A stretch of 63,783 nucleotides of DNA, counting the filler, from Phoronis australis (Eukaryota; Animalia; Phoronida): assembly GCA_002633005.1 (NCBI GenBank). It is 5 parts of 5 records of this genome, joined end to end, with 100 filler letters (N's around TTAATTAATTAA, not from the genome) between each part and the next. Parts side by side here need not be neighbours in the genome. Positions count along the whole stretch, not along the records: positions 28,112 to 59,805 come from NMRA01000054.1; 4 more parts are not named here. One strand, 5' to 3'. Made by a program: the position numbers and the translations under genes. Positions 33,874 to 47,898 of the stretch are shown here, piece after piece. How positions within the stretch are numbered: position 1 is the first letter of the stretch; every line of letters starts with the position of its first letter. A model generated the notes under the pieces. That model made no database searches and had not been told where the DNA came from. It worked only from the letters and a program-made list of their open reading frames with translations.

Positions 33874-36800
33874 GCAAGTACTGGAACATTGCTTTTTGTT
33901 TGAGCGGGTTGAGAAGGGCTTGGGTTGTATTGTTTTTGTACTACATGCGGGGGGGGGGGGGNGTGCAAAATCTTAACATAAAGATGGCTGAGCATGTTAT
34001 ACAATTTTTGTCTTGAAATTGTAAGTTTATTTGAAATGATACTGTTGTTTGAAAATAGCAAATTGTTCTGTCAGTGGTGAATATCTATATCCAAGGAAAC
34101 ATATTTTCTCTTTGTGCTTTTTTTTGTAAGAAGATATCTGCTGAACTTCAAAGTAAACTTGTTATCAAAGCCATGTGTAGCCATATGATAATTCTTTATT
34201 ACAGTAATTTCGCTGAAAAGCCATAGTCACAGTGGATATTTTTTGATTTTTCTGTATAAGTGGAAATTTTACCAAATGTTGTTTTATAACAATTACTCAG
34301 TGTAAAAGCATTGTGCATGCCATGTTGTTTGCTAAATACAGTGAACAAAGAATTACCAGTTTAAGACTGCCACCCTCAAGCTGGAATAAATCAAGTATAC
34401 ACTGGCAAATTGGCTGAGCTTCAGAAGCAATCAATGAACTCCGCTCGATCTGTAGAATAATCACATTAATTAGGGAACACTTATTTGCCCTATTCAAAAA
34501 TCTTTTAAATGTTATCCACGCCAAATAGATTTTCTTGAAGGATAATCTTATGGAATAATACTCAATTTCTATCACGGATAAGTGACTAGGTTTTGGGAAG
34601 TGCTTCAGAGAAAATTTCTCTCTCAATATATTTGTTTTTTTTTTTCGGTAACAGTTTTGCTATCTTTGCTCAGATTACTTCTTGGGCTTTCAACTTGAAT
34701 ATAGCAACTGTTTCATGACAAGTGACTTAAGACTCAAGTTAGAAATTTGATCTTGCACTCCATACAACTATTTCAAAAAATAGTTAAATCTGAGAAATAT
34801 ATGCTAATTACTTAGATAATCTCTAATTATTTGTAGACTGTCACGCAGTCATAATTACTTGGCTAAACCGCTGTTTAGCAATTATAAAGTGGAAACTTAA
34901 CACCAAATTTCTGTCTTGGTCATAAGTCACTGTCATGAAGCAGATCCTTGAACTTGGATCAGTTTGTTAGCAATGTTTTGCTCTTACATAAAATGCAGCA
35001 CCACCTTAGCAAAAATGTACTTATGACCTTTGGTAATGCGGGCCCCAGAAGAGCTGGACGTGGGGGCTTCATTTAGCTCTCTTTGTGGTTCCCTGCCTTT
35101 TCTATGTTACTGCCGTAAGTGTTGAGTATTCTCTTGTTACAAATTATCATGTCACTTTAGTGATCCTTTTTATATCTTGCTTCGCAGTTTGTCCAGCTGT
35201 CTGATCTGCTGTCATGTCGCAGAATCCCCGGCGATACACTAGTACGCCATATCGACATTCCTGCCCAGATGGCAAACTGCCCCGAGGTGCAAGAGGTAAC
35301 GTACAGTTGTTTTACGGAGAAAAATGACAAAATCTCATCAGTGTGCTTTAGTTTTTGGGACAATTAGGGTAAGCGAACCCACGATCGACACCTTTTCACC
35401 TTATTTTGTACTTCCATATATATTCTGTAGTATTTCTGAAAAAGCATACACAATGTAATAAAGAGTTTTTTCCTGGACTTTTGCATGGTGTCGCCTAAGA
35501 GAAAATCGACCAAAAGGCTAAAGTTTTACAAGCGAGAGAGGACAACTAATTTGACTCACGAAAGTGTGTATCCGCAATCAACTGTCCATAACTCAACATA
35601 TCCAAAAGTCCCTAGAAGTCATTGTGATATCCTGATAAGTTAGTACTTTAATTAGATTGAATTCGGGAATTGTCAATGGTGTTTTACGTAGGGTATTCGC
35701 CCTAATAAGTGCCCAGGGCGCTTAGGAAAATTCGCTTCAGGAAGGGGTTTGCTTATTATAGCGCAAAACTGGTTGAAACCCGGTCTCCGAAACAGGTGAA
35801 ATCGTAACCTAGAATTCATCAAATTTACGCTCTGTGACGCATCTGTAACTTATGACAGATTCTACAAAATTGCAGTGCATTGCTTTCAAACTTTGTTGTT
35901 AAATTATGAGCATTTTTTTAAAAATCCCTGTGCAAAAACTCGCCGAGTGATGCGTCGCTGCCTGACGCAATCGCCAATAGGTCAACTTGAATTCTTGAGT
36001 AAAAATATAGTTTCGACTCAACAAATTACCTGAGGTCCTCCTTAAGTTTTCAAAATAGCGTCCCTAAGATTTTTAAGTTCCTGTGGAGTCGGGATTAACT
36101 GCATATTAAGTCCAAATCTGCGCTAGATCGTACTTTGCAACATAAGAAAAATCTGGACGAACACACAAAAGTCATGTTATTGTCACGTGATGTTTGTATG
36201 TTTGTTTTGAAGTTCGTGTGCGTATTGTGTTAGTGAGCGAGTGCGTGCGTGTCATCAGAGTTCATTTGTAAGAGTAAACGCGAAGTAACGATCTAGGTGA
36301 GCATTGTAACTAAGGAAATTAACACCAACAGAAAAGCAGAACGTGTTTTATTCAGTACTTGTTGATCTCATTTGCTAAAAAATGTTCGAGAATTGTCTCG
36401 GTAAGTCCGATGTCATTGAGTCGCTGGGTGACTGGATGCGTGACAGTCTAACAGTTATTTTTCGGGACATTCGGGGGCTGTAAGGTTACGGAAGTGTTCA
36501 CTATCAGTGGGTCATCTTAACATTAAAAACACCATTTACGACTAATTTTTAATAATTCTCCCTTAAAAATAATGCAAAAGTTTTTTACGGTATTAGAAAC
36601 TTTCGGAAATAAGTGCCAGTATTTATTTCTTGATGATGCTATGCTACCCGTTTCATGGATAGTTCCCAAAGACTAATCTTTGATGACAAGTACTTTAATG
36701 TAGCGCGCACTAAATCCTGGCCACGTTCTTTTAACTGAACAAAGGTCAAGTTTTCATTAGTCTTAATTCGTGCTTGCGTTCTTTTTGAAGCACCGCGGAA

Positions 36801-39800
36801 GTTTGAAATATATAGCCAGGGCTAAATACCGGCATAGCGGCGAGGCTCGTGGCTTACAAATTCCGCGCATAATGATTTTTTCAGGACTGTCGGATCTTAT
36901 TGATAAATTGAAGACGTTACTGTAGAATTTTTCGCATGTACACAGCATTCATGGACTGGGCGCTTATTTTAGCAAGGTCTGAAAATGCGCGAGGGGTGCT
37001 TAAAGAGGCATGGGCGCTTATTAGGGCGAATACGGTAATACATTTCTGCAACATGTTTCAGTCATCTGCTTCCTCAGCTACATCAACTTGTTACTATCTG
37101 CGTTCAAAAAGACAAAATTTTGCGCACATGTGATTCAGTAAACAAGGTGGCACGTGTGTAGATGAGGCTGTTTGTATTTCACACTTCAACAGAATTCAAT
37201 ATGAAGTAAGACCTGTTTATTCGACGATAATCGTCAGGTGTCGATTGTGGGTATATATAGTCTGCCGATTGTGGGTACGCTGTTACTAATAAGGACAAAA
37301 TGTAAATCCAACATTTTTAATGGTATTACTTTGCTGGACGTGGTGCAGGACAATGAATGGTGTAGTCTGACAATGAATGGTGTAGTCGGGCAATGAATGG
37401 TGTAGTCGGNTGTTAACAACGGAAGATGACGACTTTTGGACGGATCCGACTACCGGTGTGCCCCCTAGTGGCAATTTTGATTTTTTTACGCTTACCTTTG
37501 TATCTTCACAAGTCCTTATTGGATTTTCATGAAATTTGGTATGTAGGCACCTATTAGTGAGATGACGCTATCCTCCCGTTTTCAGATGGATTCGACATAG
37601 TTTGCGCCACCTAGTGGCCATTTTTAGTGTTTTCGAGTCTGTTTTTGTGCGTCCACCCCTCTATCAACCAAACCGTTCAAAGGATGATTGTGAAAATTGG
37701 CATGTATATGCCTACTATGTAGAGGATGGTTGACGATGATTTTCCGACGATTTCGACTACTGTGGCGCCTCCTAGTGGCAGTTTTGTTTTTTTGCGCCTA
37801 TGGCTGTATCTCCTAAACCGTTCACAGGATCTTTACTAAATGGTGAAGTCGGACTGTGAATGGTGTAGTCGGACTGTGAATGGTGTAGTCGGACAGTGAA
37901 TGGTGTAGTCGGACAATGAATGGTGTAGTTGGACGTGAATGGTGTAGTCGGACTGTGAATGGTGTAGTCGGACTGTGAATGATGTAGTCGGACTGTGAAT
38001 GGTGTAGTCGGACAGAGAACGGTGTAGTCGGACAATGAACGGTGTAGTCGGACAATGAACGGTATAATTGGACAATGATTGGTGTAGTCGGACAATGATT
38101 GGTGTAGTCCAATAATGGTATTTTCACACTTGTGTTCTGTCCATGCTGATGAGTTGTTATCTACACTCCCAACACTTCATGCTAACATGTCTTCCCATTG
38201 TAATATTATTGGTTATAAATTGATTTTTGTGTCCATTTCTATTTTAATCTTTCAAATAGATTCACCTTACTCCAAACAATTCCTGAAATGCATGTACATT
38301 ATTCACAAGGTGATTACAACAATGCCACTGTTGGGGTGGAGTAGGATCAAAGAAAATAAAAAGTTTCATCACAACACCAGATATCTCATAAATTTGAAAC
38401 ATGAATGTGAATGGTGTAGGCCATATTATAGAAAGAAATAGCCTGTTTTGAAGCAAGCGTCTCTGTAGGATGTATTGGGCTTTGCTGAAAAAATAATTGA
38501 TGTACTCGCAGGCAATGCCGATCGATGATGTGTTTCTAAAATTTCAAATTTAGTGGATATCTCGTTGAGTGATGAAACTCATTGATTGCTTCATAACTTA
38601 TTGATTGCCGAGACATATGTAAAACCATCCTTTGGTTTATTTTGATATTTTTACAGGCTCAGTTGCGGCTTAACCACATACAGAACAAGCTGCAGGATGT
38701 CAAGATGCGCCTGATGGCTGTGTCATCTGGTGAGAGTGACGAGGATGAGGCGGCGCTTTCGCTCAAATTCCGCGCACTGCGTAACGAGTTTCAGACGGTT
38801 GTAGGCCACTTAAAGCAACTGCAGGTGAACCAGGGCTCACCTGACACCGTATCCAACATTGTAAGGCTGAGTTTACGGTCACAAGAGGAGGACATAGAGT
38901 CCCGCTGTAAAGAGCTTAAGATGATTTTCATAAGCTTGCGCAGGCAACGGCAAGAAGCCTCAGACACATTGCAGAATAAGGCAAAGTCCAATACTGTTCA
39001 CAGTTGTCATTGTATTTTCATGTGGTTGAGTCGCACTCATAGAATAGCAGCAATTTAGGATGGGGTGTTGTTGAATTTGTTTGGCGTGGTGGTCAGAGTC
39101 ATTCCTTTGTCAAATATCTGCAGGACTTGTGAGTGCCAAGACCAGTGAACATTTCGATTTTATGAGATTTTCTTGTTTTATTTATGTTAGAATCTAACCG
39201 ATGTTGTCTTGCTTGTTTGGATTTTGTTCTATTTAGCACAAACATCACACATACTTAATATGTATAATGGTTCTAGTTTGAAACAGTAGCAGAAATGCCT
39301 TGATCATCACATTTCTAATGAGTGATTTTTAATTATGCGCCCACATATTTATATGTGGACACATTATATCGTCATCTCCGTCCGTCCGGCGTCCGCTGCT
39401 CTATCTCCAAAAAGCCTTGACGTATGTTCATCAAATTTTGCACATGTGTTCCTTCCTTGGGTGGGACGGCATGAGCGAACTTTCGGACTGATCCGAATAC
39501 TGGTTTGCCCCCTAGTGGGAATTTTAGTTTTTTACGTTTACCTCTGTATCTTCAAAAGTCCTGAACAGATTTTCATAAAATTTGGTATATAGGCACCTAT
39601 TAGTGAGATGACGCTACCCTCCCGTTTTCAGATGGATTTGACGTAGTTTGCCCCACCTAGTGGCCATTTTCACTGTTTTCGAGTCTGTTTTTTGCGTCCA
39701 CCCCTCTATCAACCAAACCGCTCTAAGGATGATTGAGAAAATTGGCATGTATGTTCTTACTATATAGTGGACGGCTGATAATGATTTTCTGACGAGTTCG

Positions 39801-42800
39801 ACTACTTTGGCGTCTCTCAGTGGCAGTTTTGTTTTTTATGCCTATGGCTGTATCCCCTAAATTGTTTGCAGGATCTTTACTAAATTTAGTAAGTGTGTTT
39901 GTATGATGTTAACAAGGGAGGACGATGACTTTCAGACATATCTTACTACTGGTGTGCCACCTAGTAGCAATTCTATTTTTTTTACGTTTACCTCTGTATG
40001 TTCAAAGGTCCTCAACGTATTTTCATAAAATTTGGCATACAGGCATCTGTTAATAAGGTGGCGCTATTTCTCCGTTTTCAGATGGATTTGACCTAGTTTG
40101 CGCCACCTAGTGGCTATTTTTACTGTTTTCGAGTCTTTTTTGGCGTCCACTTGTCTATCAACCAAACCGCTTTCAGGATAATTATGAAAATTTGCATGTT
40201 ATGTTTTTGCTATGAAGTGGATGGCTGACGACGATTTTCTGACGAGTTCGACTACTAGTTTTGTTTTTTTGCACTCATGGCTGTATCTATTAAACCATTT
40301 GACGGATCTTTACTTAATGTAGCAAGTGTATTTATATGATATTGACAATGGACGACAACGACTTTCGGACGGATCTGACTACTGGTGTGCCACCTAGTGG
40401 CAATTTTAGTTTTTTACGTTTACCAGTCTATATCTTCAAAGGTCTTGAACAGATTTTCATAAAATTTTGAATATAGGCATCTATTGGTGAGGTGACGCTA
40501 TCATCCTGTTTTGGATGGAATCGAGGTATTTCGCACCACCTGGTGGCCATTTTTGCTGTTTTCAAATCTTGTTTTTGGCGTCCACCCCTCGATCAACCAA
40601 AGCATTCTAGGGATGGTTTTGAAAAATTGGCATATGTTTTCGGTGAGAGGTAGTTTGATGATGGCGACTGACTACTTTGGCTCCTTCTAGTGGTATTTTT
40701 GTTTTGTTTTGCGCCCATAGCTGTATCTCCAAAACCCACTGTAGGTTCTTTATTAAATTTAGTGAGTGAATTTATATGAAGATAACAGACGACGACTTTC
40801 AGGCGGATGGAATGGACACTGCCCACAAGTGGCAATTTCATTTTGTTCTGTTTTCCTTTCTTTCTCTGAAGTTCCTTGACAGATTTTTGTGAAATATGGC
40901 ACGTTCCCTGTTTTGAATGGATTGTACGTTTTTGCGCCATCTAGTGGCCATTTTTATGATACAAATAAATAATCCTAAAAGCACACCATTTGCAATGCAT
41001 TCATGGGCGTATTTCAGCGCTCCTTATTGCTCTTGTTATTAAAAGCTAGTGTCCAAGTAGCTGCACAAATTTAAGTTATTTTAGCAATCCAGGGCTGGAT
41101 TTATTAGTGTGAGGATCCCCAACTTTGAATGAAATGAAACCAAAGTGTTCATATACGTTTTGATATTTTTTTACAGATTTTTGCTGTGTGTTTTTTTAAC
41201 AACCTACGTATGCTGTCATGTTCTAACACTAGATTTACTGACTGCAGTCATTCATGGCCTCTCTCCTCTATCTATTGCAGCCATCTGATACCTCAACAGA
41301 CTCGTTAGATGACATCTTACCTGTAGACAGCTCAGGTTGGTGCGACGGCACCTCACCTCCCTTTGTTTCCCTCACTAGACCCTTACCTGTGCTGACCAGT
41401 GTAAGTCAGCGTAATCAGTGTGTNGCTCGTCTATCAACCAAACCGCTTTCAGGATAATTGTGAAAATTTGCATGTATGTTTTTACTATGAAGTGGACGAT
41501 TTTCTGACGTGTTCAACTACTGTGGCCCCTCCTAGTGGCAGTTTTGTTTTTATGCGCTCATGGCTGTATCTGTTTAATCGTTTGCAGGATCTTTACTTAA
41601 TTTAGCAAGTGTATTTATATGATGTTGTCAATGGATGACGACGACTTTCGGATGGATTTGATTACTGGTGTGCCACCTAGTGGCAATTTTAGTTTTTTAC
41701 ATTTACCAGTCTATATCTTCAAAGGTCTTCAACAGATTTTTCATAAAATTTTGAATTTAGGCATCTATTGGTGAGGTGATGCTATTATCCTGTTTTGAAT
41801 GGAATCGAGGTATTTTGCGCCACCTGTTGACCATTTTGGCTGTTTTCAAATCTTGTTTTTGGCATCCACCCCTCGATCAACCAAAGCATTCTAGGGATGG
41901 TTTTGAAAATTGGCATAGTATATGTTTTCGGTGAGAGGTGGTTTGATGATGGCGACTGACTACTTTGGCGCCTTCTAGTGGTAGTTTTGTTTTGTTTTAC
42001 GCCCACCGATGTATCTCCAAAGCCCACTGTAGGTTCTTTATTAAATTTAGTTAGTGAATTTATATGAAGATAAGAGACGAAGACTTTCAGGCGGATGGAA
42101 TGGACGATGTGCCTACAAGTGGCAATTTTATTTTGTTCTGTTTTCCTTTGTTTCTCTGAAGTTCCTTGACAGATTTTTGTGAAATATGGCACGTTCCCTG
42201 TTTTGAATGGATTGTACGTTTTTGCGCCATCTAGTGGCCATTTTTATGATACAAATAAATAATCCTAAAAGCACACCATTTGCAATGCATTCATGGGCGT
42301 ATTTCAGCGCTCCTTATTGCTCTTGTTATTAAAAGCTAGTGTCCAAGTAGCTGCACAAATTTAAGTTATTTTAGCAATCCAGGGCTGGATTTATTAGTGT
42401 GAGGATCCCCAACTTTGAATGAAATGAAACCAAAGTGTTCATATACGTTTTGATATTTTTTTACAGATTTTTGCTGTGTGTTTTTTTAACAACCTACGTA
42501 TGCTGTCATGTTCTAACACTAGATTTACTGACTGCAGTCATTCATGGCCTCTCTCCTCTATCTATTGCAGCCATCTGATACCTCAACAGACTCGTTAGAT
42601 GACATCTTACCTGTAGACAGCTCAGGTTGGTGCGACGGCACCTCACCTCCCTTTGTTTCCCTCACTAGACCCTTACCTGTGCTGACCAGTGTAAGTCAGC
42701 GTAATCAGTGTGTGCACAACTGGGTTAAAGGAAAATGACATTATTTTTTTACTGAGGTTTGTGTAATGGTTTAATTAATCAGGATGGCAATAGTCAGATA

Positions 42801-45800
42801 TGACACGCTCACATTTTGACAAGCAGTTCGATGCTGGTTATTCGGTGGAGAAAACTGGTTCTCAAAATACGGGCACGTTGTACATGACTACTGCCATCGG
42901 GACTGCCAAATTCATAGTATTGTTGGGTCTACTGCAAAAGGTCGACATGATGAGCTGAGTTTTCAATGTCGCTTTTTTAACACAGTTTGAAACTAAATTT
43001 GTTGTTTTGTGGTGTATCGCACTTGTGATTGAAATTAACTCTGAGAAGAAAAATTGCAAATCGTAAAAGCTTTCACTTGGAAAATATGCAGTTTTAGCAT
43101 GAAAGTTACACATTAGATGCCGAATGGTTTGGCAACGTTGCGTTTTTATAAAAATGAATTTCGAAAGTGCTCTGATGTAAATGTTGAAAACAAAACGAAA
43201 ATTAAACAATAAATAATATCGAGAAATGTTCCTTTTTCTTTAACTTGATGCTCTCTGTGTGAGTAGTATTATTATTACACTGCAACTGATGCTTCTGTCT
43301 CTTGGTTGGCTGAAATGTGGTACTGAACTTCCACTGTAGGGTCAGATGTTGCTATTGACGATCTGAGCAATTAAACCCTTTAGAAAACATGAACCATCAC
43401 CACAAAGCGAGCATATGATGTCAGTACATCAAAACGGGTAAGAATGAGCTAATCTAACAGAAGGTGAAAATATCAAAGAAAAGAAGTATCAGTGGCGGTG
43501 TAATAAAACAAAATACAGACCAATCAATTGAGCGTATGATGTCATATGGACCTCCCTGGGTTAGCAATATTGTCCTAGGTCCATATGACCTGATATCACT
43601 CTTGGGGTTGGTTCATATTCATGCAGTATTTGATAGCAGTAGAAGTGGAAGTGGTCCCTGTCACTGCTTGCATTATGTTGTCACCAGATGTCTCTGATTG
43701 TTAAAGTAGTGCGTTCAGTGTTCCTTCCTTCTCTCTAGCAGTTTTTAAATCAATCGTACAATGCAGAAGAAATAAGTGGAATTTGTCTCAATTATTTCCA
43801 ATTGCAAATTAAGACAGAGATTTATTGCTATGATGTTGGCAAAATCTTTTTCTCCGTAGCTGAATGTCTTTGATCAAGCGAATGATTTTTGCATGACCTC
43901 GGTGTACATGAACATTCTGCACTGCAACTGCAAGTAACAGGAATTTATTGAGTTTCTTAAACTTTGCAGCAACTGCATCCCACTTACTGGGCACTGGAGA
44001 ATGGCAAGCAAATTAACACCGCAGTAAAAATTCTCTCTCCAATTTGGGACAGTCTATAGAATGTGGGACACTGATATTCCAGCTGAAGTTTAGTTTTCTT
44101 GATTCTAAAGATTGGGACATGGGCAATTTCACCGTTCATCCTATTTCTCAATTTTCTTACACTGCATTTGTGTTGACTAATGCAATTTTTTAGAGATTCG
44201 TTTCTCTTGTTACTTATTTCTGCAGGACAAGTTACAATTTATATTCATGATATAGTTTCTGGTATCTCCTTCCTCAGTATATGACACACCTTCTTGTGTT
44301 ACATAGTTGTCAAGATGTTTTAGCTTAATGGTTTACAGTTTGTAGGTACTGTCAGTATTTTAATTCTGGTTTTGGTATACCTTTGGATGGTTTCTTGAAA
44401 ATCTGTTGGTTGCCATGACAGTTCTGTCCTGCTGTTGCTGACCATGTGTGTTATGACTGCTGGTAGTCTGTGTTTCTACCTAACTTCTGCTTTTTGATGA
44501 TCCATGTACAACACCTTGTTTTCACACTGTGATCTTGAAACTGAACTGGAGTGAAAATTTCATCCCTTTTGAGCATGTAAAATGTAGTAAAGTGTGTAAT
44601 CATAGCATGTAAAAAGCGCGTAATCCCTGTAAAAAGCATTTAATCTATGAAAAAAGTGTGTAGTCTGTGTACAAAAACTGCCACGTCAGCATGTAAACCG
44701 TGGCAACTGTCTAAAAATATTACACATTAGAGAGTAAACCTTGTAAAAATATGACACATTAGGTGACAAATGTGTAAAAAAACTGCCACGCTCATATGGT
44801 ATTAAAAATATTACATGTGAACATGGCAGATGTGTTAAGAATTGCCATGGTAACGTGTAGAGTGTGGAATGTGTTAAAAATAAGAATGAGTGATGATTCA
44901 GAGACTCGGGACTGAAGTCGGAAATTTAGGCTTCCTCTCTACACTTAATGAAGGTTTAGCCAAGTAATTATTAGTATTATAGAAATATTTTATATAAATT
45001 ATCTCAGTAATTAGCACTTATGGACATATTCTTAGAGATTTTGCTACCTTAAAATGAGATTCCATGATTGTGTAAAGCATGAAGTACAAATTTCTCTCTT
45101 CTTGAGTCTTAGTAAGTCACATGTATTAAACTGACCTTTGTACTAGAGGCGTGTTTATGAATGATCATCGCTGATTCTGTTACTGTGTATGTGACTAAAT
45201 ATATTTCTGCTCAGTAAATATGCACGCACAGCAGAAGGTGCTACATTGGGGCCCCAGTAGTGTTTTTGGGATTCGTAATCACATGAACATGTGATGTGTT
45301 CATGACTATTCTATGCATCTTCCGTCTCAATTGTTAATAACCCTACTTAAAATACTTCTGGCTATAGTCAAGCATCATGTGAGTACTGCTTCTGCAGAAC
45401 TCTAATGAACATTTTTCATGTATTTTTTGAACAGGATGGCTATGTCACACCATTCTTTTACACAGACACATGTGAAGAGACTGTTAAATAGTCACCAGTA
45501 ACGAACAAAGCTCTTTCTACTTTCAGGAAAACAGAGCCACGTTAGCTTCCACGCAAGTGGTTCCTGACACATGGCAGGTCAGTCCTTGTCGCACTTCAGA
45601 TGAACAGTGCCCAATGGGATCACCACTGTCCATTTCACCTGAGATGTCCCGCACCTCCAGCCCTGTGAGTCACTCTGTGTACGTCAACAGCTGTAAGAAT
45701 GGCACTGTTGATGAGCTCCCGTCGCTGCCATCTTCACCGAATGGTGCCACGTTGAGACACGTTCAGCAAATGATGGACGACCATTGCCTTTCACCTCAAG

Positions 45801-45811
45801 TGGAAACATGA
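32017..45811 (+). CDS. WS/DGAT (wax ester synthase/diacylglycerol acyltransferase)-fold membrane protein with C-terminal coiled-coil and Ser-rich tail, 5 coding exons (~857-897 aa)
   Basis: Exons 32017-33873 (GC donor CAG|GCAAGT), 35188-35295, 38657-38860 or -38980 (donor uncertain), 41281-41400 (identical copy at 42571-42690) and 45527-45811. All junctions are phase 0 and stop-free. Motifs DENFEFERHI, RDKALWE, NPCMIDG (HHxxxDG site), TFSEILL..SGAIRLYL, SNLPGP, SYADEVHMTVVAD. Hydrophobic segment at ~aa 146-185. Confidence 0.85.
34708..34943. mobile_element. Small inverted-repeat MITE
   Basis: CTGTTTCATGACAAGTGACTTA...AGAAATTTG versus CCAAATTTCT...TAAGTCACTGTCATGAAGCAG. Confidence 0.55.
35691..37035 (+). 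mobile_element. Tc2/pogo-type (TcMar) non-autonomous element
   Basis: TIRs GTATTCGCCCTAATAAG.GCCCA / TGGGCGCTTATTAGGGCGAATACGG, flanked by TA (35689-35690 and 37036-37037). Second copy at 16776-18033. Confidence 0.8.
37340..38110. repeat. 20-bp minisatellite (GTCGGACWRTGAATGGTGTA)n, interrupted by one ~430-bp repeat unit
   Basis: About 3 copies at 37340-37409 and about 13 copies at 37848-38110. 37411-37845 is a unit of the 39333-41036 element, joined at the N at 37410. Confidence 0.9.
39333..41036 (+). mobile_element. Helentron-associated (HINE/DINE-like) element with internal ~430-450-bp tandem repeats
   Basis: 5' ATGCGCCCA subterminal IR plus (TCCG)n microsatellite, 3' TGGGCGTAT IR, T-rich flanks. 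Internal unit markers at ~39510, 39960, 40392 and 40824. A second version of the 3' part lies at 41425-42326. Confidence 0.7.
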
Positions 45812-46438
45812 GTGTTATTAGCTTTAAATGTGTAATGACGTTTTAGATAACCTAAGGTACGGATAACAGCCACGTGACTGGGAATATCTTAGATTCAAAC
45901 TAGGCATACCAAAAGTCCACAGTCACATCTCATGTTCCCTAATAGAAATTTATTCATTTTTGGGTTTTCTTGTGTAATTTTACGAGCACTTACTAAATAA
46001 ATTTAGTTTGAAATGGCGGACCTGCATTCATACGGAAAATGCATTCTAGTAAAAATGGTAACTTCACCTTTTCCAGGCAAGTTCTACAGTGATTCCTCGC
46101 TTGTTTAGCATAAAATTAATTGCTAAATTTTTATTTTTATTTTTACCTAAGGTTGATTACCTTATTTCAAAAATTGAAAATTTTATCGGATGTTGTGTCA
46201 CACATACACAGTCCAAACTAAGCTAACAAGAAACTAAAAATTGTTGAATTTTTATTTTTATTGGAAAATAGATTTTTACGTGACTGTCTGCATTATTTTG
46301 TGCTAAATAGATATAGGATTACCAGAGTATCCTTTATTATTCATTTCTGAATTAATGGTATATTTTGGGGAAATTCAGAGGCCCAAAAATATTCAGTTTA
46401 AAAAACTAAGACAAAACATGTTGGAGACGTCATTTTAA

Positions 46439-46656
46439 AGACCCACACAGCGCCAATTTAAATTGCGTCGAGCTGAAATCACTTTCTGAAATGAATCTAG
46501 TTAGTGTCAATGAAACTTCCTGTAGAAACAAAAATGATCTCCATTCCGTCCATGGTTTTATCAATTGTGTAATTATGAATGCTGAATCGTACTAAACAAA
46601 GCCAAAGGTTCACCCCAAAAACATGGCGATTTCCAGAGATGGCACTGCGTGGAGCT
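46439..46656. mobile_element. Kolobok-like MITE
   Basis: TTAA|AGACCCACACAGCGCCA ... TGGCACTGCGTGGAGCT|TTAA; imperfect TIR. Confidence 0.5.
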
Positions 46657-47898
46657 TTAACACGACATAAGTAATGCTAATAAACTATACTCCACTCAAG
46701 TGTAGTTTAATGGTGGAATACTGGAATTGCAAACCCAAGTTTTGCATAATTTCAGTTACGTCCTGTTACAAAAATGCAAAATTAAACAAAGAACTCTTGT
46801 TTAAAGGCTCGAAATAATAGTGACGGCTGTTTTGTAACCGGATAGTCATATGTAGGCTGATGCTTTTAGGTGAGAGTGATGGTATTTGATGGTAACCTAA
46901 AGGGGTAGTAAACCCACCGCACCTACTTTCAAAAAAAGCTTTAATAGAGTTTAGACCTCTTGCTTTTTTAAAAATGACCTCATTTTGTTCCTTAATGAGA
47001 TTAGAATTGATTATAGACTTAGAAGAAGTGACTGGCTGTAATTACTTCAGACCAGACTTGTTAAGGTTATGTGGAACGCTAGAAAATTGTCCTAATTTGG
47101 TTAACTTTGGAACAGAGTCTCTCCTAACAGACTGATTGGATTCACATGTTCTTATGCGCTGCTTTTCTAAACGCTTTGTGGAATGGTTTTTAAGATGAAA
47201 AGCTATAAAAATAGAACTTTCATGATTAGCATGGAATAATCTCCATCTTACGTGAAGCAAAAATGAAATGGTTGTTTAGAAAACTTAATAGCGTTTTTGT
47301 GATCTCATTTGAACATATCAAATAATATTTGACAGTGTTATTAATACTGTTGTTTTGTTATCAATGTACCTTTCTTTTTTGCTAAAGTTTACTAAAAAGA
47401 CATGGTCTTGTTACCCAATTATTCAGGCATATTGGTAAAAAAATCTAGGTCCTGGAACCTTAAGTGGCTTGTCATGGCGTGTTAAGTTTCAGTTGCCACG
47501 GTAGCGTGGCTGTCAACATAATACTAGGCACAGTTATTTGATGTTAATTCCATGCAAACAAAAGTTAAGAATGCGACGAGCTTGGCTTGAAAGAGCAAAT
47601 TTAATACACTAGTCAAGAAAATTGGTGTATTTATCACAAGTACAAAGATTTTAACTCGTTGGTTTCTCACTGGATTCCAGAAAGTTTTAAGCAATCGTTT
47701 AAACAGTAGTGATAGTTGGGCACAAAAGGTGTGAACTGTTAGGTAGAGGTGCATAATACCCACACAGTTGCAAGAACCAAATATTGTTTTTAAATTTTAA
47801 CCACTTGGTTAAAGTATGTACATATAAATAAACAAAAGGCAGTAGAAATTGTTTTCAAAGAAAGTGCAAATAATTCTGAATGCAGTATAAGTGATAAG

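Noticed and set aside
32017-33903. Bacterial contamination or a recent HGT ORF
   Set aside because: It is embedded in a spliced gene with in-frame downstream exons and host-type intronic repeats. Only an ancient origin remains possible.
37772-38127. CRISPR-like array or repetitive protein ORFs
   Set aside because: Contiguous 20-bp minisatellite with no unique spacers and no cas genes. The ORFs are by-products of the repeat.
41254-42738. Tandemly duplicated exon (41281-41400 and 42571-42690) suggesting mutually exclusive splicing
   Set aside because: The copies and their intronic flanks appear identical, are offset by 1290 bp and meet at a single N (41424). This is typical of uncollapsed contig or haplotype overlap.
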